A stretch of DNA of 64,000 nt. It comes from Gemmatimonadota bacterium (GTDB taxonomy: Bacteria > Gemmatimonadota > Gemmatimonadetes > Palauibacterales > Palauibacteraceae). The notes beneath the pieces were generated by a model. That model made no database searches, was not told the DNA's origin, and saw only the letters and a list, made by a program, of their open reading frames with translations. The first letter of the stretch is position 1. Every line of letters starts with the position of its first letter. The stretch lies in NCBI GenBank assembly GCA_039584255.1, contig JBDGYE010000007.1:5815-69814 (forward strand), in the 5' to 3' direction. Positions 56,222-63,890 of the stretch are shown piece by piece. A program made the translations under genes and the position numbers.

Positions 56222-56422
56222 CTAATCGCGCACGCACGGGCAAAGGTCGCAACGTGATGAGCTCTCTGCGTGTTTACAACGACCAATCCCGCGGGGAGAA
56301 AGAGGGCCCTCGCGGTGTGTCACCATGCCGTTCATCATGGTGAACGGGACCTCCGTCTCGGAGATCTCGTGGGAGTCGACCTCGAAGAGGTTGCGCCCCA
56401 ACACCACGAGGTCGTACGGCAC
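56222..56422 (-). pseudogene. 3'-terminal remnant of an amidohydrolase gene
   Basis: YDLVVLGRNLFEVDSHEISETEVPFTMMNGMVTH parallels the C-terminus of the amidohydrolase at 16772..18409 (DLAVLSQDIFEVPLGELPTTRSILTFVSGEVVH). No upstream catalytic domain. Confidence 0.5.
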
Positions 56423-56493
56423 AGTTCAATCTGTGACGAGAGGCTCTCCGGTCCCAAGTCCCTCACAACTCCGGAGCTGGAGACTCGCAGGTG

Positions 56494-57024
56494 CTACGGT
56501 GCGTTCGTTCTCAGATCCCAGCTTCCGACGACCTCTCCCTGCTTCCTGCCATCGGCGCCGTAGGCAGTGTACGTCCACTCGGCGCGGCCAAAGGCCAGGG
56601 AGAGTGCCTCCATCGGGTGTTGGCTGCCGTGGGCTGCCGAGACCGAGTTAGCGCTCACGAGCACATCTGTGAGCTCAAGGCGGTAGAACTCCCGGCCTTC
56701 TGAGACAACACGGAGAGTCGCCTGCGCGAATCGCTTGCCCGTGGCGCAAGCCTGCAGCAGCACGGGGCTTGCCTTATCGACAGGCTTGAGGATGCTCAGG
56801 TCCGAGAAATCTGCCCTGCCCGCAGTCCTCGCACTGAGATCGGCCGCGTTGGCCGCTCCCCACTCGAAGGATTCGACGACAATGCACCCCCTGCAGTCCC
56901 TTTCCATGGACTCCCCTTCGACGCCCTCGATCTGGAGGAATACCTCAGCCTGCGCCTGGGCCGCATCGGGCAGCGTCAGGAGACCCATCGCGACAGAAAG
57001 CGCCAGTACGAGCATCCTTCTCAT
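56494..57024 (-). CDS. Hcp-family (type VI secretion tube protein-like) protein carrying a Sec signal peptide
   Basis: VFLQIEGVEGES...VESFEWGAAN...FSDLSILKPVDKASPVLLQACATGKRF..ATLRV...LELTDVLVSA...EALSLAFGRAEWTY matches Hcp1 throughout. N-terminus MRRMLVLALSVAMGLLTLPDAAQA. AAGGAGAGG RBS before the ATG at 57024. Confidence 0.8.
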   Translation of the reverse strand: MRRMLVLALSVAMGLLTLPDAAQAQAEVFLQIEGVEGESMERDCRGCIVVESFEWGAANAADLSARTAGRADFSDLSILKPVDKASPVLLQACATGKRFAQATLRVVSEGREFYRLELTDVLVSANSVSAAHGSQHPMEALSLAFGRAEWTYTAYGADGRKQGEVVGSWDLRTNAP

Positions 57025-57533
57025 AGGACCTCTCCTTTCCAAAGAGGCACAGTGCTGCCGGACTGCCGACGCGCGCCTGCTGCTGTGTCCTCCTATCTGG
57101 CCCGTTTCGCGATCACCGGGAGGTAAGCACAGCGTCACGCAGTCGCAGACAGCCCAGCAAGGGGACGGCGAGCCTTCCCAGATTCAGGTGTGAGGGGGAG
57201 CACGACCACCTTGAAGCTACCGACCCGCTCGCCGGCTTGCTAGCAAGCAAAGGCGCCCAGCGTGCAAAGGGGCGGCCCTCGATCGAACCGCCCTTTATCG
57301 GTGTCAACCAGCCTTGGCCACTGCTCTGGAAGCTGATCGGTGAGGGGAGAAATGTGAACATGGGCTTCCATCCACCGCCCGTCGCGTCTTTTGACCGAGG
57401 CGACTACGCCGCCATCCAGGCCCGTAAGCTCTGACTCCATCGCCGCGACCACTTGACTTCGCCGTGACAGACCTCTGCCGGTCAGGAACATGGAGAGTGG
57501 TGCGATTCGAACGCGACGAGACGGCGACGGTCC

Positions 57534-58866
57534 TCAAATACCCGTATGCCGGTGAGTGAACGCCAGGCCGAATCCCTCCAGCTCCGCTAGCACGGGCTCG
57601 TAGATCTCGCGCAAGGTGGGCATCAGGACGCCCGTGGTCTCGATCACTCCCTCGAGGATGAGTCGTGCGGCGATCGCCGCCGGCAGCGAGACGGCACGGG
57701 ACATCGCCGAGTCACCGTGGGGAACTCCCTCCACCACCATGCTGGTCGACCGTGTCTCGCGGCGCGCCGGGCGGTTCTCAGCGCCGGCACCAGGGAACTC
57801 AGCGCTGATCTCGTCGTGCACGATGATCATGTCCCGTTCACCGGGTGCGTAGGACATGCGTCGCAACATGAGGCAACAGGCCGAGCCACTCGAAGCGCTG
57901 TATCACATCGGCGATCTCCTCCACACCGAGGAACTCGGCCGTTTCCTCCCGGACCCGTGCCGTGGATACGCTTCCCTCGCCCTCCCGGGCCGCCTCTACT
58001 CCCCTGGCCCGAGAGATGAGCCCAGCCGTGTAGTCCGCGTAGGTCCGCCCCGTCCACTCGATCGCCTCGGAGTCATCGAGCGCTCCCAGCGAGATGAGGG
58101 CCCGCATCGTGTTGCACCAGCCGGTGAAGCGAAGTAAACCGCGATAGAGGGAGACGCTGTCGTCGAGGTCGTACCACGGCAGGTAGCGGGTGGAGTCACG
58201 GTTCGGATACGTCTCGAACACGCCGATCCCCTCTATTTCGACGATCCAGTGATGCTCGAACAGACGGTCGCCCGGAACCTCTACCCGGCGGCCCTGCCGT
58301 AGGTACGCAGCGGGGGCCTGCGCGGCCAGCATCACCCCCTTCGGGCTCCATGAGAACTTGTAGCCGAGGGGGTTTCGGTTGTGCTCGAAGGCGGGAAGGC
58401 CAGCTCCGTATGAAGTCACGCTTAAGGCGCGACCGCCCTCGTCCCGGATCGCATCGAGGGTCTGCATCACGCCCATGTGGTCGAGACCCGGATCCTCGCC
58501 GATCTCGTTCAGGATCGGTATGCCAGCCGCCTTCGCCTCTTCGTCGAGGGCCGCCATGGCCGGGCTGATGAACGAGGTGGTGATCATCGGTGTGCGGTGC
58601 CGCAGGCACGCCCGGGCCACCGGGATGTGCATCGTCGGTGGGATCATGCTCACGACGAGGTCCGCGCCTTCGGCCAACTCGTCGAGCCGGTCCTCCTCGT
58701 CGGTCGTCCACGCGAGCGTCTCGCCGGCGGCGCGGCCTGCCAGAATGCGCTCCGCCTTCGAGACGGTCCGGGTGGCCATCACGACCCGGTAACCGCAGCG
58801 GTCGAGGAAGTAGTCGACCATCGGCTTGGTGACCATCCCCGCGCCGAGAACGACGACCGTGCTCAT
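57534..58866 (-). pseudogene. Saccharopine dehydrogenase-like gene split by a frameshift
   Basis: ORF A (58866 down to the stop at 57838) carries VVVLGAGMVTKP and NEIGEDPGLDHM. ORF B (57869..57534) carries the family C-terminus SYAPGERDMIIVHDE...SAMSRAVSLPAAIAARLIL. The two overlap by 32 nt in different frames. Confidence 0.65.
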
Positions 58867-58929
58867 GTAGGCTCCTTCGTTGAACGCTGCTCCCTTCGGT
58901 AGCCTACATGAAGCTGCCACGTATAGCCA

Positions 58930-58985
58930 CCGCTTATCAGGCTCGAAACGAGCGCTGGTAGGCGCTGTCACCGCCTTTGTCACCG
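58930..58985. repeat. Second att-flank repeat type, degenerate copy
   Basis: GCTCGAAACGAGCGCTGGTAGGCGCTGTCACCGCCTTTGTCACC, homologous to 61154-61207. Preceded by a decayed trace of the T arm (CCACCG...CTTA). Confidence 0.6.
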
Positions 58986-59222
58986 TGCGGCCAGGCGCTT
59001 CTCTGGTCGAGCCTCCATTGGCACGACACAATGCCGTGCAGGATTGGGCGGGTGACCTACATTGATCGAGCCGGCCTGGGGCACCGCTCCGGCAAGCCAG
59101 TGCCTTAGCAGCTGGACCGGGCAAAGATTACTCATGAGAATCCGCGGAAGGAGTGCGGCAAGCGCGGCGACCGCCGGGCCGAAAGCGGTCGGCAAGTCAA
59201 GGGATTGGCCCTCCGATATCCG

Positions 59223-60503
59223 CTACCTGCTCGACGGTATTGGCAAGTCCATGAGCTTGCGCGCCACTTCAAGCGGGCCATCCCGCGTGGCTTGCCAGCC
59301 CTTCAACTGCGCCATCGCCGTCTTGTACGCCGGATCTCCCAGCACCGTGTCGATCGCGTCCCGCAGGCGCCCGCGCGCCAGGCTGCGCAGCGAGCGGCAC
59401 AGCCCCGCCCCATGCCGCTCGACCAGACGCAGGTTGAAGTTCTGCTCCGGCTGAAGGGGGAAGCCGATCACGGGGACGCCCGCCGCGATGGCGGTCTGCA
59501 CGCTTCCTTGCCCGCCGTGGATGATGGCCAGGTCGCAGCGGGGCATCACGAGATGCGAGGGCAGGAAGTCCCGCACGAGGATGTTGGCTCCGGCGCCCGG
59601 GTCCGCTCGGTGCACGGTGGTCACGATGACGGCCCGGACGTCCAGGCCCTCCAGCGCCTCGCGCACCCGCCGCACGTACTCCGGCCGGCTCGATGCCAGG
59701 GCGACGTAGACCTTGGGTCGATCGGTCTCTAGGAACTCAGCCGCGTCGTCGGGGAACTCGCCGAACAGCTCGGCGAACATCGCACCGGCATAGGCGAGGC
59801 GTGCGTTGGGACGGAACCGGTGCGTGTCCGTGGGACGCCATGCCTCGAGCTCATCCCCGGGGATCCCCAGGATCTCCGGCACGTCGGTGACCAGGGTGAG
59901 ATCCCCCATGAGGAGGTCGAACGTGCTGCGGATCATCTCCCTGATCCCCAGCCGGCGCGCCACGGCGTTGAAGGTTCTGGTCTGGAACCGGGCCCGGGTG
60001 AAGACCCGCCCCGCGACCCAATCCACCCACGGCCCGGGGAGAAGGGCCGTGACGGGATTGTCGAATGCCTCGCGAGACGCAAACCCCGCGGCCTCCAGCG
60101 CCGGAGGCACGAACGACCCCAGGTGCGTCACCACCAACGGGATGCGGGCGCCCCGCGCCGACAGCGCTGCCGACAGCGTGAACCCGATGACCACGGCCCG
60201 TGCACCGTGCCGCTCGAAGAACGCCATCTCCGACCGCACATGCGCCTGGAGCGCGGCCGGCTCGTAGAGCGGCTGCCACGGTCGGTACGTCAGCACCTCC
60301 AGCTGGCGCCGGGCCTCGTCGGCGGTGAGCCGCGGCTCGATCAGCTCGTAGGGCACGCCCTCCTGCCGCAGCACGAACTCGTAGGGCCCGCCGTGGGTAG
60401 CCAGCACCGAGTCCGCGCCCAGCTCCCGCAGCTTTCGGTACACGGCCACCATGCGGGAGGTCTCTGAGAGGAAAGCGCAGTTGGGCAGGCAGACGACGGT
60501 CAT
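59223..60503 (-). CDS. GT1-family (MGT/UDP-glycosyltransferase-like) glycosyltransferase
   Basis: C-terminal donor-binding pattern LAIIHGGQGSVQTAIAAGVPVIGFPLQPEQNFN. 426 aa. Confidence 0.8.
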   Translation of the reverse strand: MTVVCLPNCAFLSETSRMVAVYRKLRELGADSVLATHGGPYEFVLRQEGVPYELIEPRLTADEARRQLEVLTYRPWQPLYEPAALQAHVRSEMAFFERHGARAVVIGFTLSAALSARGARIPLVVTHLGSFVPPALEAAGFASREAFDNPVTALLPGPWVDWVAGRVFTRARFQTRTFNAVARRLGIREMIRSTFDLLMGDLTLVTDVPEILGIPGDELEAWRPTDTHRFRPNARLAYAGAMFAELFGEFPDDAAEFLETDRPKVYVALASSRPEYVRRVREALEGLDVRAVIVTTVHRADPGAGANILVRDFLPSHLVMPRCDLAIIHGGQGSVQTAIAAGVPVIGFPLQPEQNFNLRLVERHGAGLCRSLRSLARGRLRDAIDTVLGDPAYKTAMAQLKGWQATRDGPLEVARKLMDLPIPSSR

Positions 60504-60640
60504 GGGCTACGGTACACCTCCCCACCCTTCATCACGAACACCACGTGGCGGAGTGCCGAGGTGTGCTCCAGGGGATTGCCATCGACTGCGATTATGTCCG
60601 CCAGCAGACCAGCGCAGTTCACCTCGGTCAGGCCACCGGG
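60500..60640 (-). pseudogene. 3'-terminal remnant of an amidohydrolase gene, stop overlapping the GT start (ATGA)
   Basis: ...LLADIIAVDGNPLEHTSALRHVVFVMKGGEVYRSP is a typical amidohydrolase C-terminus. The upstream sequence in frame is not protein-like. Confidence 0.5.
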
Positions 60641-60940
60641 ATCGCCGTCAGGGACAGCGTTCTGACGAGTGCGGCTCACTACGTCGAGGATGCGCCCCAC
60701 CTCCCCGTTCTCCTCGATATCTTCGAACACTACACCGGTCAGCCCGATCCCCAACCGGTCTCGCTCGGGGGCGGAACCCATGCGCGGCTCGTTCCGAACG
60801 GTGTCAACTTCGGCCCGTCGATGCCCGGAGACGTTTACACCGGCCACAGTGAGCACGAGTTCATGACGCGCGAGACGTTCCTCCTCACGCTGGAGATGTA
60901 TACCGCCATGCTCGTGGAACTGGCCACATCGAAACGCTGA
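60640..60940 (+). pseudogene. 3'-terminal remnant of an M20 dipeptidase (PepV/Sapep-like) gene
   Basis: ...LLDIFEHYTGQPDPQPVSLGGGTHARLVPNGVNFGPSMPGDVYTGHSEHEFMTRETFLLTLEMYTAMLVELA matches only the C-terminal roughly 90 aa of that family. Confidence 0.5.
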
Positions 60941-61020
60941 GATTCGAGGTGTTTGGGCCAGGCCTGCCGGACTCTCGAAGTCCGCGGGCGCGGTGGGAGC
61001 AGACCAAGGGTGCTCCCTCT

Positions 61021-61106
61021 TGTCACCGCCTTTGTCACCGGCCTGCCTCAATCTGTTGAGACTGCCCACCCCCAGATGCACGAAAGCCCCATCGTGACGG
61101 GGCTTT
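61021..61106. repeat. att-flank repeat, copy 2 (adjacent to the tRNA-Lys half)
   Basis: TGTCACCGCCTTTGTCACCGGCCTGCCTCAATCTGTTGAGACTGCCCACCCCCAGATGCACGAAAGCCCC... Confidence 0.7.
61083..61106 (-). terminator. Hairpin plus U tract directly after the tRNA-like remnant
   Basis: Minus strand AAAGCCCC-GTCACGAT-GGGGCTTTCG. Confidence 0.45.
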
Positions 61107-61111
61107 GCGCG

Positions 61112-61153
61112 GAGGCCCGGGCGGATTTGAACCACCGACCTCACGCTTAAGAG
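61112..61153 (-). other. tRNA-Lys(CUU)-like 3' half (anticodon loop to discriminator); probable integrase att-core remnant
   Basis: Minus strand CTCTTAA|GCGTG|AGGTC|GGTGG|TTCAAAT|CCGCC|CGGGCCT|C reads as anticodon loop, 3' anticodon stem, variable loop, T arm and 3' acceptor. No complementary 5' acceptor strand, D arm or 5' anticodon stem upstream. Confidence 0.6.
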
Positions 61154-61207
61154 CTCGAAACGAGCGCTGGTTGAGCGCTGATATGCTCTGTCACCGCCTC
61201 TGTCACC
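61154..61207. repeat. Second att-flank repeat type, copy adjacent to the tRNA-Lys half
   Basis: GCTCGAAACGAGCGCTGGTTGAGCGCTGATATGCTCTGTCACCGCCTCTGTCACC. Confidence 0.6.
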
Positions 61208-61308
61208 CCGCCCTCCGCCGGGCGAGCAAAGCGAAAGCGCCCGGCGTGCCGTCGAGGCACGCAGTGTCGAGACATCGAGCACGCGCTGCGTGCGAACAAC
61301 GGGGCGCC
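61208..61308. repeat. Post-ORF hairpin repeat family, long (about 100 nt) copy
   Basis: GCCGGGCG-AGCAAAGCGAAAG-CGCCCGGC, followed by GTGCC-GTCGA-GGCAC and GCACGC-GCT-GCGTGC hairpins. About 95% identical to 61998-62098. Confidence 0.75.
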
Positions 61309-61331
61309 TGCGTCCCAGTGGCATCTGAGTC

Positions 61332-61880
61332 TCAGTGCCACATGGCGTTGATGGTCAGCAGCAGCAAGCTGGCGCTGTTATCGCTGATTCCCTGATAGAC
61401 GAAGTCGACGGTAGGCGTCAGAAAGAAATTGCTGGCGACCTGAATATCGTAGCCCAAGGCGGCCCCGAACCCAAACCCGCCATCCGGCTCCACGTCGCCC
61501 GGGACAAACTGTAGATCAGCCGTGCTGCCTGCGAATCCTATTCCCCCTTTTAGGAACAGTCCCCCTCGCGGGCTGGGGTAGTACATGACTATCAGGTGAG
61601 CGTTTCCTCTGGCGAGGTCAGTACCTACCTCGGTCGTCGTCCAGCCAATGGCTTCCCCACCGACAAGGACCTGCTGGCTCGGAGTACCACCCATACGGAG
61701 CTGCGACGCGAATCCCGTTTGCGTGTCTCCGAATACATCGTCATCTAGACTCCAGCCGCCACCGAACCCAAAGCTGATCCAGAATCCTTCGTGGTTCGCG
61801 GTCCTCTGGCCCAGCGCGGAGGACGGTAGCAGCAAGGCGAAGGAAAGGGCGAGGACAAGGCCAGTCATTCGACGCAGCAT
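61332..61880 (-). CDS. Small outer-membrane beta-barrel protein (OmpW/OprG-like porin-family size, 182 aa)
   Basis: Signal peptide MLRRMTGLVLALSFALLLPSSALG. Alternating-strand patterns. Aromatic C-terminus ...LLLLTINAMWH. GGGAGGTG RBS before the ATG at 61880. Confidence 0.7.
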   Translation of the reverse strand: MLRRMTGLVLALSFALLLPSSALGQRTANHEGFWISFGFGGGWSLDDDVFGDTQTGFASQLRMGGTPSQQVLVGGEAIGWTTTEVGTDLARGNAHLIVMYYPSPRGGLFLKGGIGFAGSTADLQFVPGDVEPDGGFGFGAALGYDIQVASNFFLTPTVDFVYQGISDNSASLLLLTINAMWH

Positions 61881-61997
61881 GATGCACCTCCCAATCTGCG
61901 TAACAGGCCGTGCCAGGAGGGGGATCGGCAAAGACTGCTTGGCCGTGGTTCGACCTGGCAAATACGCATGCGGGGCTAGGTGCTGTGAGTCTACGAT

Positions 61998-62098
61998 CCC
62001 GCCCGCCGCCCCGCGAGCAAGCGAAAGCGCCCGGCGTGCCGTCGAGGCACGCAGCGTCGAGACATTGAGCACGCGCTGCGTGCGAACAACCGGGCGCC
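61998..62098. repeat. Post-ORF hairpin repeat family, long copy
   Basis: Direct repeat of 61208-61308, 790 bp away. The two copies bracket the OMP gene. Confidence 0.75.
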
Positions 62099-62130
62099 GG
62101 AACGTGCGATAGAGCCTGCAGATGGCGCTC

Positions 62131-62517
62131 TCACTCGAGGTCTGCGCCGCGGTCGGCCAGGAGTTCACGGAGCAGGGACCTGTGACATCGAGACTCTCCC
62201 GCGCAGTAGCAGCCCACGGAGAAGTGGGCACCGTGCGATAGGACCGCAAGGAGATCAAGAAGCCGACTCTTGTCCGGAACGGCCATCTCGGCTCGGTACT
62301 TCTTCGCGAAGACGCCCCAGTCCTCGTCGCTGCTCACCGCTTGACCCAGCTTCATGAGCTCCGGGCTCGGTGCCAAGTTGGGGAGCCAGACGTCGTAGTA
62401 GTCTCGCGACGCGTACTCCGTCTTCGGGACACCGCGGGGCGGACGTCTCACGGTGCCAACTCGCACTCCCTCTTCACGATTCCTCGGAGTCCCCAGGCGC
62501 ACTATTCGGATTGTCAT
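62131..62517 (-). CDS. DUF488-family protein
   Basis: IRIVRLGTPR...VWLPNLAPS..L...........W..F...Y..E......LLDLL......FSVGCYCAGESRCHRSLL pattern. Start is the ATG at 62517. Confidence 0.7.
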   Translation of the reverse strand: MTIRIVRLGTPRNREEGVRVGTVRRPPRGVPKTEYASRDYYDVWLPNLAPSPELMKLGQAVSSDEDWGVFAKKYRAEMAVPDKSRLLDLLAVLSHGAHFSVGCYCAGESRCHRSLLRELLADRGADLE

Positions 62518-62612
62518 CTGTGCTTGGATCCTGTCTTTGTCTAGCCACATGCTGGCGGGGCGCGATCGCAACGCCGACCGCGATCCACAATGGCCTCTCC
62601 AGCCGCTTCATG

Positions 62613-63005
62613 CTAGGTCGCGGCAGATGGCTCCGAACCCTTTGGCGCCAGAATCAGCAGCACGATCCCGACAATCGCCAGGGCCGGCACATCACCGAAT
62701 AGGTGTCCCCGCTCGGCGGTATCGCGGAGCGCTTGTACACCCATGATTCCGGCATGCACGAGGCTGGACCAGGCCGTGAACAAGATCAGGCTCCGGTGCT
62801 TGTGAGGCTCGCGCGCGGCCAGTATGAGGAAGACGCCCAACGTAGCGTACACACCAATGAACATCTGCTCATACTCGGGCTGATTCGGCTGCCACTGCCA
62901 CCCCGCCGGCCAGATGCGCATGAACAGCCACACTCCGAAGATGAAGACCAGCCCGACAGCGATGAGCACCGGGCGCAGTGCCTGCGAGTGTTGTCCTCCA
63001 TTCAT
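62613..63005 (-). CDS. Hypothetical four-TM membrane protein (130 aa)
   Basis: Four hydrophobic segments. No family confidently recognised. Confidence 0.5.
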   Translation of the reverse strand: MNGGQHSQALRPVLIAVGLVFIFGVWLFMRIWPAGWQWQPNQPEYEQMFIGVYATLGVFLILAAREPHKHRSLILFTAWSSLVHAGIMGVQALRDTAERGHLFGDVPALAIVGIVLLILAPKGSEPSAAT

Positions 63006-63193
63006 TAGTGATCCCCCAGATGGCTCTTTGCCTCACCACCACTCAACGCGTCTATGCTGCACAGGAGGGCACGCTCCACGTGGAGGCCCCAGCCTGGCAG
63101 CTCGGAATGCAGTGTCCGAGAGAATGAACCTCAGGGAGAATCCGCTTCGTCTGCAATCACTATACGCGCTCTCCTACGAATGCCGGTTACGGC

Positions 63194-63236
63194 TCCCCGC
63201 CGCCGGCGAGCAAGCAAGAGCGCCCGGCGTGACTCA
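63194..63236. repeat. Post-ORF hairpin repeat family copy
   Basis: CCCCGCCGCCGGCGAGCAAGCAAGAGCGCCCGGCGTGAC, abutting the stop of the ICMT-like gene. Confidence 0.6.
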
Positions 63237-63794
63237 GAACAGGAAAGGAATGAACATCTTCGTGCGCCGCATGTACGCGCGGTAGTCGGGGCCGAAATAC
63301 CGGAGATTCTCAGTCTCCTCGACCCTGGCCGTCGCCACCAGGAAGGCCGTCGCGCCCAGCGCCAGGCAAATCCCGGCCCAGGATGGATTCTTAAAGAACA
63401 CACCCCATCCGAGAAGGAGCAGCGAGCTGTAGAGGGGATGTCTGATGTACCTGAAGGCACCCGTCGTCACCAGCCGGGTTGTCTTCTCGATCCCGAGCAG
63501 GTGTCCTTCCGCACGTCCATCCGCCTCCGGTTTGCCCTGAGTGCGCAGCAGATGTACCCCAGGAACCGCCGGGACCAGCGAGGCCACAAGCAAGAACCAC
63601 GAGACGAGCTGACGAAGGGAGAACGGGTCGTGGAACCACTGCTCGAAGTTCTCGAAGTTGAGCAGGAAGAGGACGAGGATGCATTCCCACGCGAAGAACC
63701 GGTAGAAGCCATGAGAACGCGCGTCCTTCAGGGAGGCCCTGGAGACGTACGCGAATCCGGCGGACAGGGCGATGAAGACTACGAGTCTGGGCAT
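63234..63794 (-). CDS. Isoprenylcysteine carboxyl methyltransferase (ICMT/PEMT-like) family membrane protein
   Basis: LVTTGAFRYIRHPLYSSLLLLGWG...EETENLRYFGPDYRAYMRRTKMFIPF is the C-terminal family signature. Confidence 0.75.
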   Translation of the reverse strand: MPRLVVFIALSAGFAYVSRASLKDARSHGFYRFFAWECILVLFLLNFENFEQWFHDPFSLRQLVSWFLLVASLVPAVPGVHLLRTQGKPEADGRAEGHLLGIEKTTRLVTTGAFRYIRHPLYSSLLLLGWGVFFKNPSWAGICLALGATAFLVATARVEETENLRYFGPDYRAYMRRTKMFIPFLF

Positions 63795-63840
63795 GGTCTC
63801 ACTCCGACGCCGTCGTGAGACAGAGCCTCCCTCCTAGCTT

Positions 63841-63890
63841 CCCGCCCGCCGCCGTGCGAGCAAGCGAAAGCGCCCGGCGTGAACCAGGCG
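63841..63890. repeat. Post-ORF hairpin repeat family copy
   Basis: CCCGCCCGCCGCCGTGCGAGCAAGCGAAAGCGCCCGGCGTGAACCAGGCG. Confidence 0.65.

Noticed and set aside
61083-61207. Possible complete tRNA (or tRNA-Sec / tmRNA) gene around the T-arm-like sequence
   Set aside because: Only the anticodon loop through the 3' acceptor can be folded. No 5' acceptor strand (AGGCCCG), D arm or matching 5' anticodon stem exists upstream. No UCA anticodon context and no tmRNA tag region are present.
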